From Macrostomum lignano (taxonomy: Eukaryota), in assembly GCA_002269645.1 (NCBI GenBank), contig NIVC01001902.1, forward strand, positions 82,893 through 146,892: 64,000 nt of DNA, given 5' to 3'. A program made the position numbers and the translations under genes. Below, one piece after another: positions 13,753-23,813 of the stretch. Below the pieces are notes generated by a model. That model had not been told where the DNA came from and did no database searches. It worked only from the letters and a program-made list of their open reading frames with translations. Each line of letters starts with the position of its first letter. Position 1 is the stretch's first letter.

Positions 13753-13805
13753 AGCGGTTAGAGCGTCACACTTGCGACTTGAAGGTCGGAGGTTCGATTC
13801 CTGAT
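13753..13805 (+). other. tRNA-derived fragment / SINE-head relic
   Basis: GGTTAGAGCG (D-arm/A-box part) and GGTTCGATTCC (B box); no complete cloverleaf. Confidence 0.45.
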
Positions 13806-15573
13806 CACACTGGAGTCTGTCAGTCTGGTTCGTCTATAGTTCACCCAGCTATAAAATGTCGCTTGCACATCTGCCCATTATCAATTATTACATTATTATT
13901 ATTGAAAATTCAAATGCAAAGTTTTTACTCACTGTCTTGGATCACGAGAGTGGCCGATCGGCCGAGTAATAATAACAATCCGAGCGCGCATATTTGAATC
14001 GAAAGTGTCCAGGAAGTGCAGCTCCAATGCTGAGGCATTATTCAATTCAGCTGACGGAATTATATTCTTTCTTTGACAATTAAAAACTAATTAAGAATAT
14101 AAAATAAATTAATTGGCTATAAATTCAATATTGAACTTGGCCGCTTCGTCCGGCATAGCTGGCTTAATTCTTAATCTCTGTTACAACCAGTGCTTCGTAA
14201 GTCTGTAGATTAACAAAATGCCGATAGCTTGACGTCAAAAGTACAAATTAGTAGAAGCCCGAAGCCGCGCGCAATGAAACTCGCTTTGGACGCGGCAGAT
14301 ATGCACAAGGCTGCCTGATTTTGCCTATATATGTGCGCGCGTGCGAGCTGTTCTTGCGGTTAAGGCGCTTCTGTTAGGCTGGGCTTCGGGTTGGGGTGGG
14401 AGCCTGAGCCGGAGAGGTTGGGGCTGGCTTTTGGGGAGACGAGAGCCAAGAAGACAGAGAGGGCAGGGCATTAGTCGGTGGGAGAGACAGCTGCCGTTGG
14501 ACCTTCCTTTTTCTTCTTATCGGAGAACGGAGGCTGGAGAGGCGAGAGGGCGAACTTGCTGGCTAGCTTGAGGAGGAGAGGTTGGCAGGGAATCGCCAAG
14601 GCAAAAACTAAAGGATGCAAATGCAGGAAAGGGAGAGAAATATACGGTCAGAGAGCCGTTGTAAGAGCTTAACGCCGCTTTTAACTAATGCGCCTAGTCC
14701 GCACTAGATGTCGCTTGCAGCAGGGAGGGGTTGCGTCGTTCCGGAGGAGAGAAATAGGCCAAAATAAGGCAAGGGAAACTGCGCCGAGTACTGAGCGACT
14801 GACGGGTTAGGAAGAGAACTGGCGAGTGTAAGAGATGTTGCAGCACAAGCGCTTTGCCTCAATACTGGGCTTTCCAGGCTTGTATTTCAGTTCGCCCGCA
14901 AGTTTAGGTCATAAGGGCTTGAGGGGCCGTGCGCGCACATGCGGGTGCTTCCTCAATTTCCTCTCCTCTTTGCAGTTCATTCCTATCCCCGCGGGGGGTC
15001 GGCCGGATTGGACGGGTAAACCCCCCCTGCCACCCCCACTGGCGGAGGAGGGGTGGCTGCCTATGTACATTGAGTCCTGGACATTCTCCGCTTTTCCATT
15101 CATTACCTAAACCCCACCCTTTCCCCCTGGACTGAACTGGCCGTATGTTTGGCTAAACCCCCAATGGCCTTAGCCTTAGTCAGTGTTTATTGCCCATATA
15201 CAGTAATTCTGGCTTGGCTGGGGAGGGGACCGGCTGAGGAAAACCCAGCTTTTGGGGAGAATCGAAGGGGAACTGAAGGGGAGCTGAAGAGGTCACTTGC
15301 GACGCGTCACATTTAACGACACAACGCACAAGTCACAATACAACGGAACAGAATAAAGGAATTCCTGCTGCATTTACTAGCTTATAATTGCTCGTAAACT
15401 GCATCTTCTAAGCATATTGCTGCCCCATAATAATTCGCCCGTAAATCATGTTCTTTTTCGACTTAGTGAGAATGAGAAAATAATGCAACTCAATATCACT
15501 TTTAAACAGTTCTTTAGCTATCTGCATGCATGCTATGTATGCCTATTTACATTACATATCATTGCAACTATGT

Positions 15574-15855
15574 CAGGGGTGGGCCAACTCCGGCTCACGG
15601 GCCACATGCGGCCCCGCAAAGCCTCTCTATCCGGCCCTCGGGTCATTTGAAACTTCGCAATAGCAATAGGTTGGTGTCTATTCTCCTCTCTCTACTCAAT
15701 TTTCTCTTTCCTCTCACTTCTCTTGTCTCCTCTCCCATTTATTCCCAGGCCATTCCTTTCTCCTATCTATCTTCTCTCTTCTCTATTTCCTCTCCTCTCC
15801 CCGCTCTGCCCCGCAGTCATTCGCTCGGTTCTTTACAAGAGTTTGCCGACCTCTG
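15574..15855 (+). mobile_element. hAT (Charlie-like) MITE
   Basis: TIRs CAGGGGTGGGCCAACT / AGTTTGCCGACCTCTG; 8-bp TSD aactatgt / cactatgt (7/8 match). Confidence 0.85.
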
Positions 15856-16499
15856 CACTATGTGACTTCACTCAGACTGTTAAAATGGGGGAAGTCTACG
15901 AATACGACTCGAGCTCGCAGCTTAACCAAAACTTTCCGAAATCTCATCGAACTTTCTATCTCCCCACAAGCTGATTCATTTAAGATCCGCGGGGAGGGGC
16001 CGTCTTGCTGTGCTGTGCCTGTGCTGTCCAACCCGTTGCCACTCGGGTGATGAAGTGGGGGACTAAAGGGGGGAGCGGGTCGACTTCTTCAACCCTCGAA
16101 ATGGGGATAAGACTATAAAGTAAGGGTAGGCATAGGAGGAGCTTATATATAGGCCAGGAGTGGTTTTGTAAGTCAGCTGAGCTCAACAACGGCAACTGAG
16201 CTGCGAAAGATATAAATCAGTTTGATGAAGGAAAACACTTTAGTGCTAGTGTGGGACTTTGCAGCCATCGCACTGATTTTTTTTTGGGGGGGGGGTGTAT
16301 CGACCCTACTATCCGATCCCGCGTCACTTTTTATCCCATTCCCAAAAATGGGCTTGGCCTATAAGAAGCCCCATCCCCATAGATCTATGCAGCTAGAGAC
16401 AGCACGTCGAACTTATTTTTATACTCGGCTCTGCCTGATCCGATTACCAGGGGCAAGAGAGCATCAATACCCCCATCACAATCGGTTGACAAAAGTACA

Positions 16500-16662
16500 C
16501 GGCACCTCTGGTTCTGGCGCCTCTAAGGCTGGCGCCTCTGGTGCTAGCGTCTCCTGGTTATGGCGCCTCTGGTGCTGGTTGCCTTTGGTTATGGCGCCTC
16601 TGGTGCTGGTTGCCTTTGCTTATTGCGCCTCTGTTGCTGGCGCCTCTCTAGCTGGCGCTTCT
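16500..16662. repeat. Degenerate ~15-bp GGCGCCTCTGGTGCT repeat
   Basis: Direct reading. Confidence 0.75.
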
Positions 16663-16934
16663 GAATAATTTGTCATCAGCTCTCTCCGTCCATCCGTCGG
16701 GCTGCCGGTCAGCCACCGCCCCTTCCCTCAAATCCTTCATCAGCTATTCTCGCTTTGTAAGCAATAATACATAACGTGTGCAAAATGAGAAAAAATTGGG
16801 GAACGGGTTTGATAATAAACCGCTGATTGATGATTAATAACCATTATCTGCAGCTAAATACACGTAAACTAGCGCAGCAATAAATTAAAGTCTCGAAGTA
16901 CTTATAATATATGTTCGAAAATCTTGGGATCAAG

Positions 16935-17115
16935 AGGCACTGGGTGGCACCCCCACTGAGGGATCAAGACTAAGAGGCACTGGGTGGCACCCCCACTGAC
17001 GGATCTGAGGACAGGGGGTAGCAGCCCCATTTAGGGATCTGAGGACAGGGGGTAGCACCCCCACTTAGGGATCTGAGGGCAGGGGGTAGCATCCCCACTG
17101 AGGGATCTGAGGGCA
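16935..17115. repeat. ~34-bp minisatellite, inverted copy of the 17843-18525 family
   Basis: ACTGAGGGATCTGAGGGCAGGGGGTAGCACCCC units. Confidence 0.85.
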
Positions 17116-17842
17116 GTAGTCCTCTCAGTGATCAAAGACACAAGGGGGAAGGCACAGATTGTAAATCACTTTCTTCTAATCTAATTCTAAACTCACTTAA
17201 GGAAAGAGTGAATGAGATCAAAATGAAGCATTTTATTGAAATTAGATCGTTTGATAAAATACACATTGAACTCTACTGCAAGTATCACAGCAAAGTAAAT
17301 AGCAATAGATTTGTGTTGTTTTTGTCCAAACTCAGTTTAGCGTCAGAAAATAATGGCAAGTTAAAACCGGAACCGTATTTCAGACTCGTTGGTTGAAAAA
17401 CTTCTCCAACGATTTAGCACTCCAGAGAAACGCACACAGCCAGTTGTATTTCCAAACAAAGAACTAAAGTTAATAATTTGTAATGCCTTAAAATGTTTAT
17501 TTAACTAACAGGACGGATTTATGGTAGCAAAGTTATAAAACCCTGAAAGAAATAAAAAACTGTAAACAAACAATAGTATTGAAACAACTCAGTAATAACA
17601 CTAAATTTCCTGCTACAGGTTGGAATAAACAAAAGAGAAAGTCATTACAAGCAATTAGTTTAAAATAAAAGCAACACTAAGATAAAGTATTAAATAAAAA
17701 ACACAATTAATTCATCTACACCAGTTGAATTTGCAGAGAACAGTTTAGCGCGTGAAGACAAAAAAGCAATTTCTTGGAAATTATGGGACCTCTTCTGCTT
17801 CTCATATATGTAACTGCTCTATCATAACAGATCCCATGAGAA

Positions 17843-18525
17843 GTGGGGCTGCTACCCCCTGTCCCCAGATCCCTCAGTAGGGCTGCTACCCCCTGCCCTC
17901 AGATCCCTCAGTGGGGTTGCTACCCCCTGCCCTCAGATCCCTCAGTGCGGCTGCTACCCCCTGCCCTCAGATCCCTCAGTGCGGCTGCTACCCCCTGCCC
18001 TCAGATCCCTCAGTGGGGTTGCTACCCCCTGCCCTCAGATCCCTCAGTGGGGTTGCTACCCCTGCCCTTAGATCCCTCAGTGCGGCTGCTACCCCCTGCC
18101 CTCAAATCCCTCAGTGCGGCTGCTACCCCCTGCCCTCAGATCCCTCAGTGCGGCTGCTACCCCCTGTCCCCAGATCCCTCAGTGGGGGTGCTACCCCCTG
18201 CCCTCAGATCTCTCAGTGGGGGTGCTACCCTCTGCCCTCAGATCCCTCAGTGGGGGTGCTACCCCCTGCCTTCAGATCCCTCAGTGGGGGTGCTACCCAC
18301 TGCCCTCAGATCCCTCAGTGGGGGTGCTACCCCCTGCCTTCAGATCCCTCAGTGGGGGTGCTACCCACTGCCCTCAGATCCCTGAGTGGGGGTGCTACCC
18401 CCTGCCCTCAGATCCCTCAGTAGGGCTGCTACTCCCTGCCCTCAGATCCCTGAGCGGGGGTGCTACCCCCTGCCATCAGATCCCTGAGTGGGGGGGTGCT
18501 ACCCCCTGCCCTCAGATCGCTGACA
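17843..18525. repeat. 34-bp minisatellite (CTACCCCCTGCCCTCAGATCCCTCAGTGGGGGTG)
   Basis: Period of 34 measured (ctacc at 17886 and 17920). Confidence 0.95.
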
Positions 18526-18538
18526 GGGGCTGCTATAC

Positions 18539-18568
18539 CTCCAACTTTCAGCTTCTCCACAAAGGCAA
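18539..18568 (-). CDS. Candidate 30-nt microexon (VAFVEKLKVG) of the MATH-BTB-BACK gene
   Basis: Acceptor ttttttctcgtag and donor GTATAG; phase 1 matches an upstream ACG|GTGAGA donor at 18806. Confidence 0.4.
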
Positions 18569-18735
18569 CTACGAGAAAAAACACTAAATTAAAAAAGTGC
18601 AAGTGAAAAGCAACAAGGCAAACGATCTCTGTATTGTAAGCACAAAAAATGGCGTATAAAAATTACAAAAAAACAAGCACAGACAGGACAGAAGGCACGC
18701 AAATCGTCAATCCAGCTTATTTGCAGTAGGAATCA

Positions 18736-19137
18736 TCAATCAGTTGAGGACTCAGTTGACGAATTTGAAGGTCTCGAATCGGCGTTGAACTTGCGACAGT
18801 TCTCACCGTCAGCTGCCGGATCAGCAGCAGCAGCAGGTCGCAGGCAGCAGCAGCCGTGGCCGCACAGGCATTCAGTTTGAAGCTCGCAGTCGCGCACCAG
18901 CTGGCAAGCTTCAGCATCGGTGTCGCACCGACCGCCGGCCAGATGCTTGGCCGTGTCCAGCAGTGACCGGGCATCCAGGCGCTTCATTTCTGGGTCCTTC
19001 GACAGAGCCAGCCAGGGCCTGTCGGACAAAGCGTTGCGGCATTCGGCGGCCAGCTCCGGGCAGCGGAGGCAGCAGGCGGCTACGTGGAGAAGGCGAACGC
19101 CGTGGGCTCGACGGAGCGCTGGGTCGCGCAGGACCGA
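18736..19137 (-). CDS. MATH-BTB-BACK gene, exon with BACK-like region (ends at stop 18736, or at alternative donor 18807)
   Basis: Acceptor ctctttttcag at 19138, phase 0 and in frame with the BTB exon; RLLHVAACCLRCPELAAECRNAL...KRLDARSLLD resembles a BACK domain. Confidence 0.7.
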   Translation of the reverse strand, partial: SVLRDPALRRAHGVRLLHVAACCLRCPELAAECRNALSDRPWLALSKDPEMKRLDARSLLDTAKHLAGGRCDTDAEACQLVRDCELQTECLCGHGCCCLRPAAAADPAADGENCRKFNADSRPSNSSTESSTD

Positions 19138-19167
19138 CTGAAAAAGAGGGATGAGGGATTATCAGTC

Positions 19168-21220
19168 TCAGAGTTGGAGACGATTCTCAGAGTTGGAGAC
19201 GATTCTCAGGGTTGGAGACGATTCTCAGAGTTGGAGACGATTCTCAGAGTTGGAGACGATTCTCAGGGTTGGAGACGATTCTCAGAGTTGGAGACGATTC
19301 TCAGGGTTGAAGACGATTCTCAGAGTTGGAGACGATTCTCAGGGTTAGAGACGATTCTCAGGGTTGGAGACGATTCTCAGGGTTAGAGACGATTCTCAGG
19401 GTTAGAGACGATTCTCAGGGTTGGAGACGATTCTCAGAGTTGGAGACGATTCTCAGAGTTGGAGACGATTCTCAGGGTTGGAGACGATTCTCAGAGTTGG
19501 AGACGATTCTCAGAGTTGGAGACGATTCTCAGGGTTGGAGACGATTCTCAGAGTTGGAGACGATTCTCAGGGTTGGAGACGATTCTCAGAGTTGGAGACG
19601 ATTCTCAGGGTTGGAGACGATTCTCAGAGTTGGAGACGATTCTCAGGGTTGGAGACGATTCTCAGAGTTGGAGACGATTCTCAGGGTTGGAGACGATTCT
19701 CAGGGTTGGAGACGATTCTCAGAGTTGGAGACGATTCTCAGGTTGGAGACGATTCTCAGAGTTGGAGACGATTCTCAGGTTGAAGACGATTCTCAGAGTT
19801 GGAGACGATTCTCAGAGTTGGAGACGATTCTCAAAGAGTTGGGGACGATTCTCAGAGTTGGGGACGATTCTCAAAGAGTTGGGGACGATTCTCAGAGTTG
19901 GGGACGATTCTCAAAGAGTTGGGGACGATTCTCAGAGTTGGGGAAGATTCTCAGAGTTGGGACGATTCTCAAAGAGTTGGGGACGATTCTCAGAGTTGGA
20001 GACGATTTTAAGAGTTGGAGACGATTCTCAGGGTTGGAGACGATTCTCAAAGAGTTGGGGACGATTCTCAAAGAGTTGGGGACGATTCTCAAAGAGTTGA
20101 GACGATTCTCAGAGTTGGGGACGATTCTCAAAGAGTTGGGGACGATTCTCAAAGAGTTGGGGACGATTCTCAGAGTTGGGGACGATTCTCAAAGAGTTGG
20201 GGACGATTCTCAAAGAGTTGGGGACGATTCTCACAGAGTTGGGGACGATTCTCAGAGTTGGGGACGATTCTCAAAGAGTTGGGGACGATTCTCAAAGAGT
20301 TGGGGACGATTCTCAGAGAGTTGGGGACGATTCTCAAAGAGTTGGGGACGATTCTCAGAGTTGGAGACGATTTCAGAGTTGGAGACGATTCTCAGGTTGG
20401 ACGATTCTCAAAGAGTAGGGGACGATTCTCAGAGTTGGGGACGACTCTCAAAGAGTTGGAGACGATTCTCAGAGTTGGGGACGATTCTCAAAGAGTTGGG
20501 GACGATTCTCAGAGTTGGGGACGATTCTCAAAGAGTTGGGGACGATTCTCAAAGAGTTGGGGACGATTCTCAGAGTTGGAGACGATTCTCAAAGAGTTGA
20601 GGACGATTCTCAGAGTTGGGGACGATTCTCAAAGAGTTGGGGACGATTCTCAAAGAGTTGGGGACGATTCTCAGAGTTGGGGACGTTTCTCAGGGTTGGA
20701 GACGATTCTCAAAGAGTTGAGGACGATTCTCAGAGTTGGGGACGATTCTCAAAGAGTTGGGACGATTCTCAGAGTTGGGGACGATTCTCAGAGAGTTGGG
20801 GACGATTCTCAAAGAGTTGGAGACGATTCTCAGAGTTGGAGACGATTTTCAGGGTTGGAGACGATTCTCAGGTTGGAGACGATTCTCAAAGAGTAGGGGA
20901 CGATTCTCAGAGTTGGGGACGATTCTCAAAGAGTTGGAGACGATTCTTAGAGTTGGGGACGATTCTCAAAGAGTTGGGGACGATTCTCAGAGTTGGGGAC
21001 GATTCTCAAAGAGTTGGGGACGATTCTCAAAGAGTTGGGGACGATTCTCAGAGTTGGGGACGATTCTCAAAGAGTTGGGGACGATTCTCAAAGAGTTGGG
21101 GACGATTCTCAAAGAGTTGAGGACGATTCTCAGAGTTGGGGACGATTCTCAGAGAGTTGGGGACGATTTTCAAAGAGTTGGGGACGATTCTCAAAGAGTT
21201 GGGGACGATTCTCAAAGAGT
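19168..21220. repeat. Intronic 19/21-bp minisatellite (GGAGACGATTCTCAGAGTT to GGGGACGATTCTCAAAGAGTT), ~100 copies
   Basis: Direct reading; fills almost the whole intron 19138-21281. Confidence 0.98.
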
Positions 21221-21281
21221 TAATTATTATGCCATTGCCTCAGAAGAAGCAATTTCAAAAATAAAAAACGCAAAAGCGCAC

Positions 21282-21842
21282 CTGAACGCAGCGGACGCAC
21301 TTGGACTGGACAGCGGGCGCATCGTAGAACCTGGCCAGAACAGCAAGTTCGGCCACACAGAATAGACTGACTCGAACTCCGGAGCACGGCTGCAACAATG
21401 ACAGGAAGCTGTGCAAATCTCTCGGATGAGGCGGCGGCTCCGGCAGCGCCAGGCTCAATAGTCGAGAGTCGAATTTTGAGCATTCAGAAGCGGCGTCCGT
21501 GGAGGCAGCGGCGGCAGCAGCCCGGCTGTGGGCTCGGAACATGGCGGCATCAGCGTAGAAGCGATGCTTGGGCAGGTCCAGGCAGAGCAGACGCTGAGAC
21601 GGACCGTCTGGCGGCGGGGGGACGAGGTGACTGACGGAGCAGTCGGACACGCTGGGGACGAGAGTCTCGCTGGCTGAGCGAACGTGCAGCGTCAGGGACA
21701 GCGGCAAGCAGGGCTCGTGACTGCGATCGGACCGGTTCACGAGGCGGAGGCTGCAGTGGGCGCGCAGATCGGGCCATTGGATTAGCAAGGCCTGGTCTAG
21801 GCAGGGCCGGTCCGTACTCAGCGACTCTTCCGCTTGCAATAC
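21282..21842 (-). CDS. MATH-BTB-BACK gene, exon with end of MATH and BTB/POZ domain
   Basis: LLCLDLPKHRFYADAAMFRAHSR...LHSFLSLLQP...VSLFCVAELAVLARFYDAPAVQSKCVRCVQ fits the BTB pattern; acceptor cccag at 21843 and donor GTGCGC at 21281, both phase 0. Confidence 0.78.
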
Positions 21843-21884
21843 CTGGGCGCGTTGGAGAGACTTTGGCTGCTTATGTTTGATTAT

Positions 21885-21990
21885 CGGATTATCGGATTGT
21901 GGATCTGGATTATCGGATTGGGGATCTGGATTATCGGATTTGGGATCTGGATTATCGGATTTGGGATTTGGATTATCGGACTTGGGATCT
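21885..21990. repeat. Short GGATTATCGGATTTGGGATCT repeat inside intron 21843-22099
   Basis: Direct reading. Confidence 0.8.
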
Positions 21991-22099
21991 TAGTTTTCAA
22001 ATGAAGGATCTGGATTCCTTTTACATTTGGATTATGGTTACGGAATCTAGATAAATAAATTAAAGATCAATAAATCCACCCCCAATAAGCCGCTCTAAC

Positions 22100-22387
22100 C
22101 AGACAGTTGGCAAAGCGCAGCGCTATATTGGCTCTCAGGCGCCACACTCGCGCCCGGCGCGGCCGCAGCCGCAATCGACAACGCAACGCGTGCCCGGCGC
22201 CAGATCCGGAGCGGCGCAGAGTCAGGCTGAAAGTGAAAAATTTGCCAAACAGAGTCGGCGGCAGATCCGGCAAGGTCAACTCGCTGCCCGGATGCGACAG
22301 GCTCTCGAATGAGCGGAACCAGGGGCAGAGGAACTCGCTCCTGTGCGGATCGAAGTCGTTGACATGCTGCACCGGCGGTCGCCACTC
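22100..22387 (-). CDS. MATH-BTB-BACK gene, exon with MATH-like domain (no ATG; upstream exon not located)
   Basis: TLFGKFFTFSLTLRRSG...LRCRLRL...VWRLRANIALRFANCL resembles MATH beta-strands; acceptor tttgcag at 22388 and donor GTTAGA at 22099, phase 0 and in frame with the next exon. Confidence 0.62.
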
Positions 22388-22484
22388 CTGCAAAGTTCAA
22401 TTGGTGACGATTTTTGTTATATTAAATTCAGTAAGAGATTGCGAGTTTGCACCTGCAACCCTATTCTCCACCCGAATCCTAAAA

Positions 22485-22748
22485 CCCCAAAACCTTACCT
22501 GAACCCTGAAACCTCACCTGAACCTTAAAATCTCACCTGAATTCTAAAACCTCACCTGAACCCTAAAATCTCACCTGAATTCTAAAACCTCACCTGAATT
22601 CTAAAACCTCACCTAAACCTTAAAATCTCACCTGAACCCTGAAACCTCACCTGAACCCTAAAACCCCACCTGAACCCTAAAACCTCAACTGAACCCTAAA
22701 ACCCTACCAGAACCCTAAAACCTTAACTCTAAAACCTTACCTGAACCC
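22485..22748. repeat. 19-bp minisatellite (CCTGAACCCTAAAACCTCA)
   Basis: Direct reading. Confidence 0.9.
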
Positions 22749-23124
22749 TCTTTACACACAGACACACATCGTGACATCACATACCCATGGCAACTGTACA
22801 TCCCAAAAATCCTAATCCTAGCTTCAAAATGAGAAAAATTGATTTTTCAAAGTTAATAACTTCATGTAGCAAACTACCATGACTACTACCAAACGAAAAG
22901 TAAAATATGTATCAACGACTTCAAAACGATTTCATTTACAGAATAAGTTTATTTACAATAAAAATAACAATATTTATTTAGGAAAGCTGTTACTAACACA
23001 AATAGAACAATTTTTCACATATAGTTGGTTGATAAAACTTAACAAATTTACAACATTATACATTAAACACTTAAAATAACATTTATTAACAAAACTAATG
23101 TGATTAACAAGAAAAATTCAATCT

Positions 23125-23490
23125 AGCTAATTAAGTTTGGGACTGGGACTTCAAGACACACATATTCTGATTGCTTGGATTCGGGACTCTGGACTTCAAG
23201 ACACGGATTCTGATTGTTTGGATTTGGGACTTCAACACACACGGATTCTAATTGCTTGGATTCGGGACTGGGACTTCAAGACACAAGGATTCTGACTGCT
23301 TGGATTTCGGACTCGGGACTGAGGATTTCAACACACACGGATTCTAATTGCTTGGATTCGGGACTCGGGACCGAGGACTTCAAGACACACAGATTCTGAT
23401 TGCTTGGATTCGGGACTTGGGACCGAGGACTTCAAGACACACAGATTCTGATTGCTTGGATTCGGGACTGGGGACTTTAAGACACACGGA
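23125..23490. repeat. ~44-bp minisatellite (GGACTTCAAGACACACGGATTCTGATTGCTTGGATTCGGGACT)
   Basis: Direct reading. Confidence 0.88.
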
Positions 23491-23603
23491 TTTCACTGAA
23501 TTTTTTTCTTCAGGTCATAAAGCTACAAACTAATTTATAATTCTTCAAGGAACCTTAGCACCAGGTTAAAAATATAGTCGATAATTTATTTTCAAGCAGC
23601 AAT

Positions 23604-23813
23604 TCATTGCCGTTGTTGCCTCAAGTTAGCTTCCTCTCTGGCCACCGCTTGCAGCACCCCAAACACGGTGGTAGGTGAGCACTGCAGTCTGAGCAGGCCA
23701 AGGAGGTTGCGCAACACCCGAGGATTCAATGGCGTGCCAGCTAGGTAAGCCAGGTTGTAGAGAGCCAACTCTTCCTGTGTGAGCTGCTCAACTCGCAGTG
23801 GTCTGGAGTCCAT
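23604..23813 (-). CDS. MZT2: MOZART2 / GCP8-like gamma-tubulin ring complex microprotein, 69 aa
   Basis: LTQEELALYNLAYLAGTPLNPRVLRNLLGLLRLQCSPTTVFGVLQAV aligns by eye with the human MZT2 core LSTEEMELYELAQAAG..IDPDVFKILVDLLKLNVAPLAVFQMLKSM; AATAAA about 15 nt after the stop. Confidence 0.85.
   Translation of the reverse strand: MDSRPLRVEQLTQEELALYNLAYLAGTPLNPRVLRNLLGLLRLQCSPTTVFGVLQAVAREEANLRQQRQ

Noticed and set aside
14330-15300. GC-balanced segment suspected to be a retroelement
   Set aside because: No RT, endonuclease, recombinase or terminal-repeat motif could be identified.
16500-16760. Coding PEAPA-type repeat on the minus strand
   Set aside because: It is interrupted by stops and frame changes, and no consistent splice phase was found.
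19084-21365. Overlapping 200-424 aa ORFs (ETILRVGDDSQ)
   Set aside because: These come from the intronic minisatellite on the strand opposite the real gene.
22485-22748. Interstitial telomere (CCCTAA inside units)
   Set aside because: The hexamer occurs only once per 19-bp unit; there is no (TTAGGG)n tract.
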